Of a stretch of 64,000 bases of DNA, positions 12,675 to 24,329 are shown piece by piece (the stretch's first letter is position 1; every line of letters starts with the position of its first letter). The notes under the pieces are model-generated. The model searched no databases, was not told where the DNA came from, and saw nothing but the letters and a program-made list of their open reading frames with translations. The DNA comes from Felis catus. Its lineage: Eukaryota. The position numbers were made by a program, and so were the translations under genes. The stretch is taken from positions 86,492,001-86,556,000 of the forward strand of contig NC_058368.1 of the NCBI RefSeq assembly GCF_018350175.1. The letters run 5' to 3'.

Positions 12675-12738
12675 AGAGGAGGAGGAGGAGAAGGAAGAAG
12701 AAGAAGAAGAAGAAGAAGAAGAAGAAGAAGAAGAACAA
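12675..12738 (+). repeat. (GAG)n(GAA)n microsatellite expanded within L1 ORF1
   Basis: Direct reading; source of the poly-E/K/F ORFs. Confidence 0.95.
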
Positions 12739-12924
12739 GAACAGAGAAAAGGGGTCAGAAAATTCATTTCAGGAAATAAGAGTTGAAAACTTCCTTAATC
12801 TGGAGAAGCAAACTTCCTAAACTGGGATCCAAATCAAGGAAGTATGGAAAACCCCAATCAAAATCAACAATAGCAGGACAATGCTAAGATATACTGTAGT
12901 TAAATAAGAAAAATATAGATATAA

Positions 12925-13030
12925 GGGCACCTGTTTGGCTTAGTCAGAAGTGTTTTAAACTCTTGATTTAGGGTCATGAGTTTAACCTCCATGAGGGGTA
13001 TAGATATTATGTAAATAAGTAAAACTTATT
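12925..13030 (+). mobile_element. Short old Can-SINE in L1 ORF1
   Basis: gggcacctgtttggcttagtc...ggtcatgagttt head. Confidence 0.7.
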
Positions 13031-15953
13031 AATTAAGATATTAATTAATTTATGTATTATTAATATATATTAAAATATATATAGAGAGAAAGAACAAAAA
13101 AGCCTAAAAGCAGCAAGACACACATAGTCACTAACTGACAAGGGAAGACCCACAAGACTAGCTGCACATTTCTCCACAGGGAATATTCCACATGCTTAAC
13201 TGGAAGAATCTGCAGCCAAGAATACTTTATCTAGCATTGCTATCATTCAGAATAGAAGGAGAGATTAAGTTCCCACACAAACAAAAACTAAAGGAATTTG
13301 GACCAATAAACCAGCCTCACAAGAAATATTAAAAGGAATTCTATGAGTGGGAAAGAAAGACCAAAAATGACAAGGATTAGAAAGGAATAGAGAAAATTTC
13401 CATAAATAAACAAACAAACAAACAAACAAGTAATAAAATGGCACTGAATACATATCTATCAATAATTACTCTGAATGTAAATAGACTAAGTTATCAAAAC
13501 AAAGGACATGGCTTGTGAAAATGTATTAAACAGGACACATCTATATACTGTTTATAAGAGACTAATTTTAGACCTGAAGACACCTGAACATTGAAAGTGA
13601 GGGGATGGAGAATTATGTATCATGCAAATGGACATAAAATGAAAGCCAGAGTAGCAATACTTGTATCAAAAAAAAAAAGATTTTAAAACAAAAACTATAA
13701 AAAGAGATGAAGAAGGGCACTATATCATAATAAAGGGAACAAACCAACACGATGATCTAACAATTGTAAATATTTTTTCAGCCAACATGGGAACTCCAAA
13801 ATATTAAAAATTCAGTGAATAACAAATATAAAGGAACTCATTAATAATAATGTAATAATATTAGGGGATTTAATATCACTCTTACATCAACGGATAGATC
13901 ATCTAGTTGAAAATCAACAAAGGAACAATGGATTTGAGTGACACACTGGACCAGATGGTCCAGATGTAAATATATATTCAGAACATACAGAATATTTTAC
14001 CCTAAAGCAGCAGAATACACATTTCTTTATAAGCACACATGGGACACTGCCCAGAATAGATCACAAATCAGGCCCCAACAATTGCAAAAAGACTGAGATC
14101 ATACCATGCATATTTTCTGACTGCTAGATAATGAAACTTGAAGTCAACCACTCAAAAAAATTTGGAAAGACCACAAATACCTGGAGGTTAAACAACATGC
14201 AACTGAACAATGAATGAGTCAACCAGAAAGTCAAAGAACATTTTTTTAAATAAATGAAAACAAATGAAAATGAACACACAAGGGTCAAAACCTTTCATAT
14301 GCAGCAAAAGTCCTAGAGGGAAGTATATAGCAATACAGATCTACTTCAAGAAGCAAGAAAAATCGCAAGTAGACAATGTAACATTACACTAAAGGAGCTA
14401 GAAAAAGGACAATAAAGCCTAAAGTCAGCAGAAGGGAAATAATAAAGATTAAATCAGAAATTAATAATGTAGAAAACCAAAACAATAAAAGTGATCAATG
14501 AAACCAGGAGTTGGTTCTTTAAAAAAATAATAAAATTCATAAAACCTTAGCCATATTACAAGAAGAAGAGAAAGGATTCAAACAAATAAAATAACAAATA
14601 ACAGAGGATAAATAACAAAAAAAAACACAGAAATACAAACACTTATAAGAAAATAGTATGAAAAGCTACCTGCCAATATTTGGGACAACTTGGAACAGAT
14701 TAATAAATTCCTAGAAGCATATAAAATAACAAAACTAAAACAAGAAGTAATAGACTTGATCCAACTGATGACCAGCAAAGAAATTGAATCAGTGATCAAA
14801 AGTCTCCCAACAAACAAAAGTGCAGGTCCAAATGGCTCCACAAGGGAATTCTACCAAACATTTAAGTAAGAGTTAACAGTACCCATTTGTTTTCCTCAAA
14901 CTATTCCAAAAATAAAAATCAAAGGAAATCTTACAAATTCATTCTATGAGGCCAAAATGACTCCGATTCCAAAACCAGAGAAAGACTCCACAATGGTAGA
15001 AAACTACAGGCCAATATATCTAAAGAACATAATTAAAAATTAGCAACAAAATGCCAGCAAAGTGAATCCAACAATAAATTAAAAGAATCATTCTACATGA
15101 CAAAGAGGATTTATTCTTGCGCTGCAAAGTGATTCAGTATTCACAAATCAATTTGGTACACTGTATTAATAAAAGAAAGGATAAAAATGATATGATCCTT
15201 TCAATGGATACATAAAAATCTTATGACAAAATATACCACCTATTCATGGTTAAAACCCTTAACTAAGTGGGGATAGAGGAGCACATACCTCAATATCATA
15301 AAGACCATATATGCAAAACCCATTGTTAATATCATCAGGAGGATTCAACAACTGAGAGCTTGTCCTCTACAGTCAGGAAGAAGACAGCGATGTCCACTGT
15401 CATCACTGTTATTTAAAATAGTACTGGAACTCCCATCCTCAGCAATCTCACAGCAGCAACAACAACACAACAAGAAAACAATCACACACACACACACACA
15501 CACACGCACACACACAGCATCCAAATTGGCAACAGTGAAGTCAAAATTTCACTACTTTCAGATGACATGGTACTCCATATAGAAAACCCAAAATAATCCA
15601 TCAGAAACGTCTAGGTCTGAAACAAGGAATCAATCTCATTTACAACTGCACCAAAAACCATTAGGACTGAACCTAACCACAGTAAAAGATCTGTCCTCTA
15701 AACACTATAAAACACTGAGGACAAATATTGAAGATGAGTCAAAGAAATGGAAAAAACACTTTCCATGCTCATTGATTGGAAAGAAAAAAAAAGATTGTTA
15801 AAATGTCTCTATGAGCCAAAAGAATCTACACATTTAATATGATACTTATCAAAACAACACCAGCATTTTTCACAGAGCTAGAACAAACAATCCTCTAATT
15901 CCAGACTTTAATGTATATTCCAAAGCTGTGGTAATCAAGGCAGTATGTTACTG

Positions 15954-15993
<40 letters not shown>

Positions 15994-17015
15994 ACACACA
16001 TGCACACACATGCACACACACACAAAGACACATAGATCAATAAAATAGAATAAAAAACCAAAAAAGGAACCCACAATCTGGGCATTTAATCATTGACAAA
16101 GCAGGAAAGAACATCCATTGGGGGGGGGGCGGAGAAGACCATCTCTTCAAAAAATGGTGTTGGGAAAACTGGACAGCTACCTGCAAAAGAATGACATTGG
16201 ACCACTTTTTTTATACCATACCCACAAAAATTCAAAATGGATGACAGAACTAAATTTGTGACAGGAAACCATCAAATCAAAATCCTAGTAGAGAACACAG
16301 GCCATAACATCTTTGAAGTCAGCCATAGGAACTTCTAACTAGAGAAACAAAGGCAAAAATAAACTAGTGGGACCTCATCAAAATGAAGTGCTTCCACATA
16401 GCAAACAAAATAGTCAACAAAACTAAGAGGCAATCTATGAAATGGGAAAAGATACTTGCAAATGACATGTCAGATACAAGGTTAGTATCCAAAATATACA
16501 AAGAAGTTGTAAAACTCAAAACCAAAAATCAAATAATCCAGTTAAAAATTGGGCAGAAGACATGAATAGACATTTTTCCAAAAGAAAACATCCAGGTAGC
16601 TAACAGACATATGACAAGATGCTCAACATCACTCATCATCAGCAAAATAAAAATTAAAACCATGTAATATAATAATAAGGAGGGAACATTAATACCTCAC
16701 ACATCAATACACAAATTAACTTAAGAAAATCAACAATGAAACTATGGCTTTGAAGGACACAAACTTTGTGACACTCAAAAATCCATGAAATAGATGTAAC
16801 AGATATATTGAGAATGTTCCATTCTAACACAACAGAATACACATTCTTTGCAAGTAAAATATGGAACATTCTCCAGAATAGATCACATATTAGGCCACAA
16901 AACAAGCTTCAACAACTACAGAAATACCAAAGTCATATCATACAACTTTTTTGAACCAAAACTATGAATCTAGAAGTCAACCACAAGAAAAATTCTGGAA
17001 AGATCACAAATATAT

Positions 17016-17120
17016 GAGTGCTTCCCGGAGAGCAGTCCAGCACTGAGATCACTCTCCAGGGGCAAAGTAGCTGGTTGGTGTCATTTCTCTCCCTTGCTTC
17101 TCAACATTAACAACCTTCAG
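17016..17120 (+). repeat. Direct copy of 11645-11748 (L1 5'UTR) embedded in ORF2
   Basis: 4 substitutions and 1 indel over ~105 bp. Confidence 0.95.
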
Positions 17121-18012
17121 ATAAGAAAAAAAAGTACATAGAAATAAATTAAAATATAAAGAAAATAGTTCAAAATTTTAGGATGAAACAAAAGCATTTC
17201 TAAGAGGGAAGTTTATACCAAGAAAGGCTTGACTCCAGAGCAAGATAAATCTCAAATACACAACCCAACCTTACGCCTATAAGAGCTAGAATAAGAACAA
17301 CAAGCAAAGCATAAATCCAGTACGTGGAAGAAAATTTAAAAAAATAAAAGAAAAGAAGAAATAAGTGATATAGAACTACAAAGGAATAGACCAAACCAAT
17401 GAAACCAGGAGCTGGTTCTTTAAAAAAAATAAAATAAAATTGATAAACCTCTGGCCAAATGCATCAAAAAGAAAAGAGAAAGGACCTAAATAAATAAAAT
17501 CTCAAATGAACAATGAGGAATAAAAACCACACCACAGAAATGCAAATAATTATAAGGGAATACTATGAAAAACCAAATGACAATACAGTGGATAACCTGG
17601 AAGAAATGGAAATATAAACTACCAACACTGAAACAGGAAAAAATAGGAAACTTTAACAGACCAATAATAAGCAAAGAAATTTAATCAGTAATCAAAAAAT
17701 TCTCAATGAACAAAGGTACAGGGCCAGATGGCTTCACAGCAGAATTCTACCAAATATTTAAAGAAGAGTTAATACCTATTTTTGTCAAACTGTTCCAAAA
17801 ATAGTTTCTATGAAGCCGACATTACTGTGAAATCCTCAACAAAATATTAGCAAACCAAATCCAACTGTACATTAAAAACAATCATTCATCACAATCAAGT
17901 GAGATTTATCCCTGGGTGTGGTTCAGTATTGGCAAATCAATCAAGGAGACATATCACATCATTAAGAGAAAGAATGAAAAGCATATGGTCATCTAAAGAT
18001 TCAGTAAAAGTT

Positions 18013-18284
18013 GGGGCGCCTGGGTGGCGCAGTCGGTTAAGCGTTGGACTTCAGCCAGGTCGCGATCTCGCGGTCCGCGAGTTCGAGCCCCGCGAGTTCG
18101 AGCCCCGCGAGTTCGAGCCCCGCGAGTTCGAGCCCCGCGAGTTCGAGCCCCGCGTCGGGCTCTGGGCTGATGGCTCAGAGCCTGGAGCCTGTATCCGATT
18201 CTGTGTCTCCCTCTCTCTCTGCCCCTCCCCCGTTCATGCTGTCTCTCTCTGTCCCAAAAATAAATAAACGTTGAAAAAAAAAAT
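18013..18284 (+). mobile_element. Young feline Can-SINE with 5x tandem 15-mer containing the B-box
   Basis: (cgcgagttcgagccc)5 at 18076-18150; TSD taaagattcagtaaaag at 17994-18010 and 18285-18301. Confidence 0.97.
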
Positions 18285-19750
18285 TAAAGATTCAGTAAAA
18301 GCATGTGACAAAGTAAAACACCCACTCTTGAAAAAAACCCTCCAATAACATAGATTTAGAAAACAAACAAACAAAACATACCTCAACATAATAAAGACCA
18401 TATATAAGAAAATCACAGATAATATCATCCTTAATGGGAACAACAGAGGGTTTTTTTCCCCTAAAGTTAGGAAGAAGATAGGATGTCCACTCCCACTACT
18501 TATTCAAAATAATACCAGAAGCCTTAGCCACAGCAGTCAGACAACAAAAATAAATAAAACACATCCAAATCAGCAAGAAAGAAGTAAAATTTTACTATAT
18601 TCAGATGACATGATACTCTATGTAGAAAACTCAAAAGACTACACCAAAGAACTGCTAAAACCGTTAAATAAATTCAGTAAAGTCACAGGATACAAAATCA
18701 ATGTACAGAAATCTGTTGCTTTTCTATACCACAACAATGAAGCAGTAGAAAGAAAAAAAAATAAGAAAACAATTCCTCTTACATTTGCACCAAAAACAGT
18801 GGCACACCTAGGAATAAACCTAACAAAAGAGATTAAAAAAAACCTATAGTCTAAAAACTATAACACATTGATGAAAGAAATTGAAGATGACACAAAGGAA
18901 TGAAAAGACATTCCATAGCCATGAATTGGAAGAAGAAATATTTTTAAGATGTATATACTTCCCAAAGCAATGTACACATTTAATGCAATGCCCATCAAAA
19001 TGCAAAGAAAATTTTTCACAGAAGTAGAACAAACAATCCTAAAATATGTATGGAACCACAATAGACTCTGGATAACCAAACCAATTTTGTAAAAGAAAAG
19101 CAAAGCTGCAAACATCACAATTCAAGGCTTCATTTTACATTGCAAAGCCTAGTGACCAAAACAGTATGCATGGTATTGGGATATATATACACATTATATA
19201 CATTCTATATTCATTATATACTGTTACATATTTGGAAAAAAATATACACACAGATCAATGGATCAGAAGAGAAAATCCAGAAATAAACCCATAACTATAT
19301 GGTCAATTAATCATCCATAAACTGGGAAAGAATATCCAAAGGGAAAAGGACAATCTATTCCACAAATGGTCTTGGTAAAGTTGGACTGTAATTATTAAAA
19401 ACACACTGGAACAATTTTTAACACCATACATACAAATGAATTCAAACTCCTTTAAAGAATGTGAGACCCAAAACCATAAAATCTTTGAAAAGAGCACAGG
19501 CAGTAAGTTCTATGACATTGGTTATAGCAACATTTTTCTAGATAGATCCCGTGAGGCAAGGGAAACAGTAGCAACAATAAACTCTTGTGACTACATCAAA
19601 TAAAAAAGCTTCTGCACAGCAAATGAAATAATCAACAAAATTTAAAAGCAACCTTTGGAATGAGAGAAGATATTTTTTTTTTGCCAGTGATATAACTTAT
19701 GAAGGGTTGCTATCAATAATATATAAATAACTTATAAAAGTCAAAACTGA

Positions 19751-19950
19751 GGGGCACCTGGGTGGCTCAGTTGGTTGAGCATCTGAGTGTTGATCACAGC
19801 TCAGTATATGACCACCAAATTCATGAGTTTGAGCCCCTCATGGGGCTCTGTGTTGACAGTACAGAGCCTGCCTGTGATTCTCTGTCTCCCTCTCTCTCTA
19901 CCCCCCTCTCTCTTTCACTTTCTCTCTCTTTCTCTCTCTCAAAAATAAAT
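19751..19950 (+). mobile_element. Can-SINE inside L1
   Basis: Head, CT tract, aataaa. Confidence 0.9.
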
Positions 19951-20317
19951 ACATCAACAATGAAAAACAATCCAATTACAAAATGGGCAGAAGAAGTGAA
20001 CAGCCATTTCTCCACAGAAGACATCCAGATGGCCAACAGATACATGAAACGATGTTCAACATTATTCATCATTAGGGAAATGCAAATCAAAATTACAATG
20101 TGATGTCACTTCACACCTGTCAATGATTAAAACCAATAACACAAGAAACAACTGATGTTGCTAAGGATGTAGAGAAAAAAAGGAACCTTTTTGCATGATC
20201 AGTGGGAATGCAAACTAATGCAGCCACTCTGGAAGTCTGGAATTTCCTTAAAAAGTTAAAATAGACCTACATTTCTATCCAGTCATCACACACACACACA
20301 CACTCACACTATACACA

Positions 20318-20349
<32 letters not shown>

Positions 20350-21549
20350 TATGGCGAACTGATGGTTACTATAGTGGAGAGGAGATGAGTGGATGGGTGA
20401 AATAGATGATGAGAAGTAAGGGAGAATTAAGGAGTGCACTTGTGATGTGCACTAGGTGATATAGGGAATTTCGGATTCACTATAATGTACTCCTGAAACT
20501 AATATAACACTCTATGTTTACTAATTGAAATTAGAATAAAAAGTTAAAAAATAGAAACACAGCTTTATAATTACTGTGAAAAAAGTAGTTCTGCAGAATA
20601 TTAAGATAAACAATGAGATTCAGGCTAAAAGTTTTAAATTTTAATTTTATCTTGAAGGAAATTATAACACAAATATATCACAAAGTGACTGAGAAATCAG
20701 AAAAGAAAATAAGAAAAAGCCTTTATGCATTAATACCTTAAATATCACCTGTTTTTACTATTTTTTGAACAAGTGACTGTACCTTTTCATTTTGCCCTAA
20801 AATTATATAACTAGCCATGATCCCTCTCACTTCTAAGTGGCAAATCACTTACTCTACAGTCCCTGAATTCTTATGTTAGTAATAGAAAAACAAAATAAAT
20901 ATGACCTAATTTTAACAACAACAACAAAAAAATAGGTGACAGATTTATATAGTTCTGACTGCTGCAGAGAATGTTCAAAGCAGTTTCCATGGAACAACTC
21001 ATTTAATTTTCACAAAAGCTATGTGATGGAATGGATCTGTCAGATTGGCCTGGCTACTAGCCCACAATCAGTGTTACATCAGGTCGCAGGTATGTTTTTG
21101 CTTAGGTTATATGTTCCTGATGATCTGGAATGGGGGTATAGGTCTCATCATCCTGGTCAGCCAGTGATTAAGACTATTACCTGGTCCCCTTCTGGAATAT
21201 TGCTGTTCATCATGGTCCTTGAGTCAGACATACCTGGGTTTAAATGTTTCTTCTGTAAGTTTTCAGTCGTTTATGTAAATCCTCTAATCCTCTGCATGCC
21301 ATTTGTCTATAAAATGTAGCTCTGTGGCTTACTTTTTTTTTTTAAGTATCAGAAATATGTCCCTTGTGTAAGATAATGAAATACCATGTATAATACACAA
21401 CAGCAAATGGCATAGTTCATTTATAATTCATAAAAGGAATATTAATAAAATAAGTCTATAAGGTCATATAATAGTTGTTGATCCATTCAGTACAGGGCTA
21501 TTTTATATATGATTTTATCTATCTATCATCTATCTATTTATCTATCTAT

Positions 21550-21840
21550 GCATTTAATTTAAATTCAAGTTTTTTACATACAGTGAGTCTTGGTGTCAGG
21601 AATAGAACCCAGGGATTCATCTCTTACATATGATACCCTGTGCTCATCCTAACAAGCGCCCTCTTTAATGACCATCACCCATTTAGCACAAAACCCCTCC
21701 AGCAACACTCAGTTTGTTCTGTTTTTAAGAGTTTCTTATGGTTTGACTGCATCTGTTTTTACCTTATTTTTCTCTCCTTTCCCCTATGTTCGTCTGTTGA
21801 GTTTCTAAAATCCCATATATGAGTGAAATCACATGATATA
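21550..21840 (-). mobile_element. Short L1 3'-end fragment
   Basis: Homologous to the L1 3' ends at 2345 and 39370. Confidence 0.8.
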
Positions 21841-22399
21841 AATATGATTATAAAGTGCTTTAAGTTACAGAACATGGAGGTGGGGAAATTCATTCATGAA
21901 CAGGAAGTGATCCAGTGAGCTCAAAGAGGAATTTGGCTTTTTAAATAAGTCTCAAAACATGAGTGGTATGTGATGATAAAAGACAATTGGGATCAAAACA
22001 AATGGTATAATAAAAATAAAACAATACTAGAGCTCATTTTATGCTTAATATATACCCATGTTATGTTTCAGAAATCTTAACGAATTGAAAACAATTAATT
22101 AAAATATGAGTGTCCATATGTTCTTGTAAAATAATCTATCATTTCCAGATTATATATTATATTTTCTGGGATCCATAAATGCTATTATGTTTTGCATAAA
22201 AACAATCTTGGAGAGGGGATTGGAGCTTGGTATTAGAAGCTACTGCAAAATATTCTTAAAGGCCGATGTAACATCTTACTATAAAGTAAAACTTTTGTAT
22301 TTACAAATGAGGGGGGAGAAGCTTAAATGTGAGAAAATTTCTCTCAGTTTGAGATATTTCACACAGTTTTTTTGTTTGATTTGGTTTAGTTTGGATTGG

Positions 22400-22818
22400 T
22401 TTTAAGATAGAGAGCACAAGTGGAGTAGAGGGACAGAGGAAGAGATAGAGATAGAGATGAGAGAGAGAATCTTTCTTTTTATTTTTTTAATGTTTATTTA
22501 TTTTGAGACAGAGAGAGACAAAAGCATGAACGGGGTATGGTCAGAGAGAGGGAGACACAGAATCTGAAGCAGGCTCCAGTCTCCGAGCCTTCAGCACAGA
22601 GCCTGACGTGGGGCTCGAACTCCTGGAGCGTGAGATCATGACCTGAGCCGAAGTCGGACGCTCAACCGACTGAGCCACCCAGGTGCGCCTGAATCTTAAT
22701 CAGACTGTTGTGCTCAGCACAGAGCCCAATTCATGGCTTGATCCCACTACTGTGGGATTGTGACCTGAGCCAAAATCAAGAATCAGACGCTCAACCAACT
22801 GAGCCACCCAGAGACCTC
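22400..22818 (-). mobile_element. Older Can-SINE with a younger Can-SINE (22474-22690) nested inside
   Basis: Two tgagccaccca heads; gaatctt duplicated at 22467-22473 and 22691-22697. Confidence 0.88.
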
Positions 22819-24014
22819 TCACATAGTTTTTAAAATTCAAATTCATTTCAAAAATATTTTTAAATTGATGTCATTTAATATTAACAATTAAAACCAAATT
22901 TAATCCAAGTATTGCCCCCACTAACTCTACATTAATAATATCTATTACAAATATTTTGTTCAACAAGTCCTCTACCATTCTTTTATACTCAGCATCATGT
23001 TTTCCCTTGATTACTGTCTTGTCTTCCCTTGCTTCCCTTCCCCTCTGCCAATGCCTGCTTGGTTCATCTAAGCCAGGATTATGCCCTCAATCACAGTATT
23101 TCCTCTACATACACAGCCACATGCATTCTCTTGAACCAACAGTTTTGTACTTCACTACCTTAAACAATTCTATATTTTGTATATGTGGAGCTCCACCTTA
23201 ATGTGATAAATTCTTAAAATAAAATATTACCATGTGATAATATATATTGAATACATGTTTAATATATTATAATTCAACACTATAGAGTCTTACAGTATGT
23301 GCTTATTATTCCAACATCCTTGCTCCATGGTTTGCGGCAAGGTAATGTTTGGAATTCCCTACAAATGTAGCTTTCGTGTTCTGCATTCATGTCCTTCTCC
23401 CTATGCAGTTTATAATTCTAATTCCTCACTACCAGACCCAGAACATATTCTCAGTTCCAATATAGACTGCCCCTTACAAACACACACACACACACACGGA
23501 CACACACACATGCACACACACACACACACACACATGAACATGCACATACATCTACTAGATGGAGATGAAGTCACACTGGTGTTTAGCCTGGACACTAAAT
23601 TGTTAATACAGTCATCATGCCATTTGTTCTTAGGTACAAGTTAAAGGAAAATCAAATTTTGCATTTCAGAGACTTGATTTTTTTTAATGTTTTCAAAGGT
23701 AATCAAGTATTATGTGGAGGGTTTTATGAGGTTTAACATACACTAATGGGCAGTGCATACAAACACAATCCACATTCAGTTAACCCATTCTGACATAGCT
23801 TCTCTAAATACTGTTCTCTGTTTTATGCTGTCTTAGCCCATCAATTGTAATGTCTAGGAATTCCTGGGACATACAGCTGAGTTCATACTACTTGTGGAAA
23901 GCCCCCACAGATATTTCCCCAACTGGAGCCAATATTGTGGCTGGACCAGCCCTTGTGATTCTTACAATGGTTATGTTTCAACAACTATGAAGGAACTTTG
24001 AAAAAACAAGACTT

Positions 24015-24226
24015 GGGGCGCCTGGGTGGCGCAGTCGGTTAAGCGTCCGACTTCAGCCAGGTCACGATCTCGCGGTCCGTGAGTTCGAGCCCCGCGTCAG
24101 GCTCTGGGCTGATGGCTCGGAGCCTGGAGCCTGTTTCCGATTCTGTGTCTCCCTCTCTCTCTGCCCCTCCCCCATTCATGCTCTGTCTCTCTCTGTCCCA
24201 AAAATAAAGAAAAAAAAAAAAAAAAA
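24015..24226 (+). mobile_element. Very young feline Can-SINE
   Basis: CpGs intact, pure poly-A tail, perfect TSD gaaaaaacaagactt at 24000-24014 and 24227-24241. Confidence 0.97.
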
Positions 24227-24329
24227 GAAAAAACAAGACTTATTACAAGTCCCGGAGGGTACACAGCATACATGGGGTTCTGCAGCTAGATCATAATACA
24301 CACACACACATACACACACGTGCGCAAAA

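Larger units (their letters stand above)
10717..16664 (+). mobile_element. LINE-1 with 5'UTR, ORF1 (~12243) and ORF2 (~13438); decayed, 3' end missing
   Basis: GC-richer 5'UTR homologous to 57441 onward; ORF2 start atggcactgaatacatatctatcaataattactctgaatgtaaat; internal deletions. Confidence 0.92.
16665..20550 (+). mobile_element. Second LINE-1 (mid-endonuclease to 3' end), fused to the previous copy
   Basis: ORF2 peptides (18610..18849 MILYVENSKD...[19 protein letters not shown]); 3'UTR and A-rich tail near 20535-20550. Confidence 0.9.

Noticed and set aside
12358..12820. Poly-E, poly-K and poly-F ORFs
   Set aside because: Translations of a GAA/GAG microsatellite in dead L1 ORF1.
18076..18150. 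15-bp repeat array and REFEP-repeat ORF as CRISPR-like or protein-coding
   Set aside because: No spacers; it is a tandem duplication inside a SINE, and the ORFs are incidental translations.
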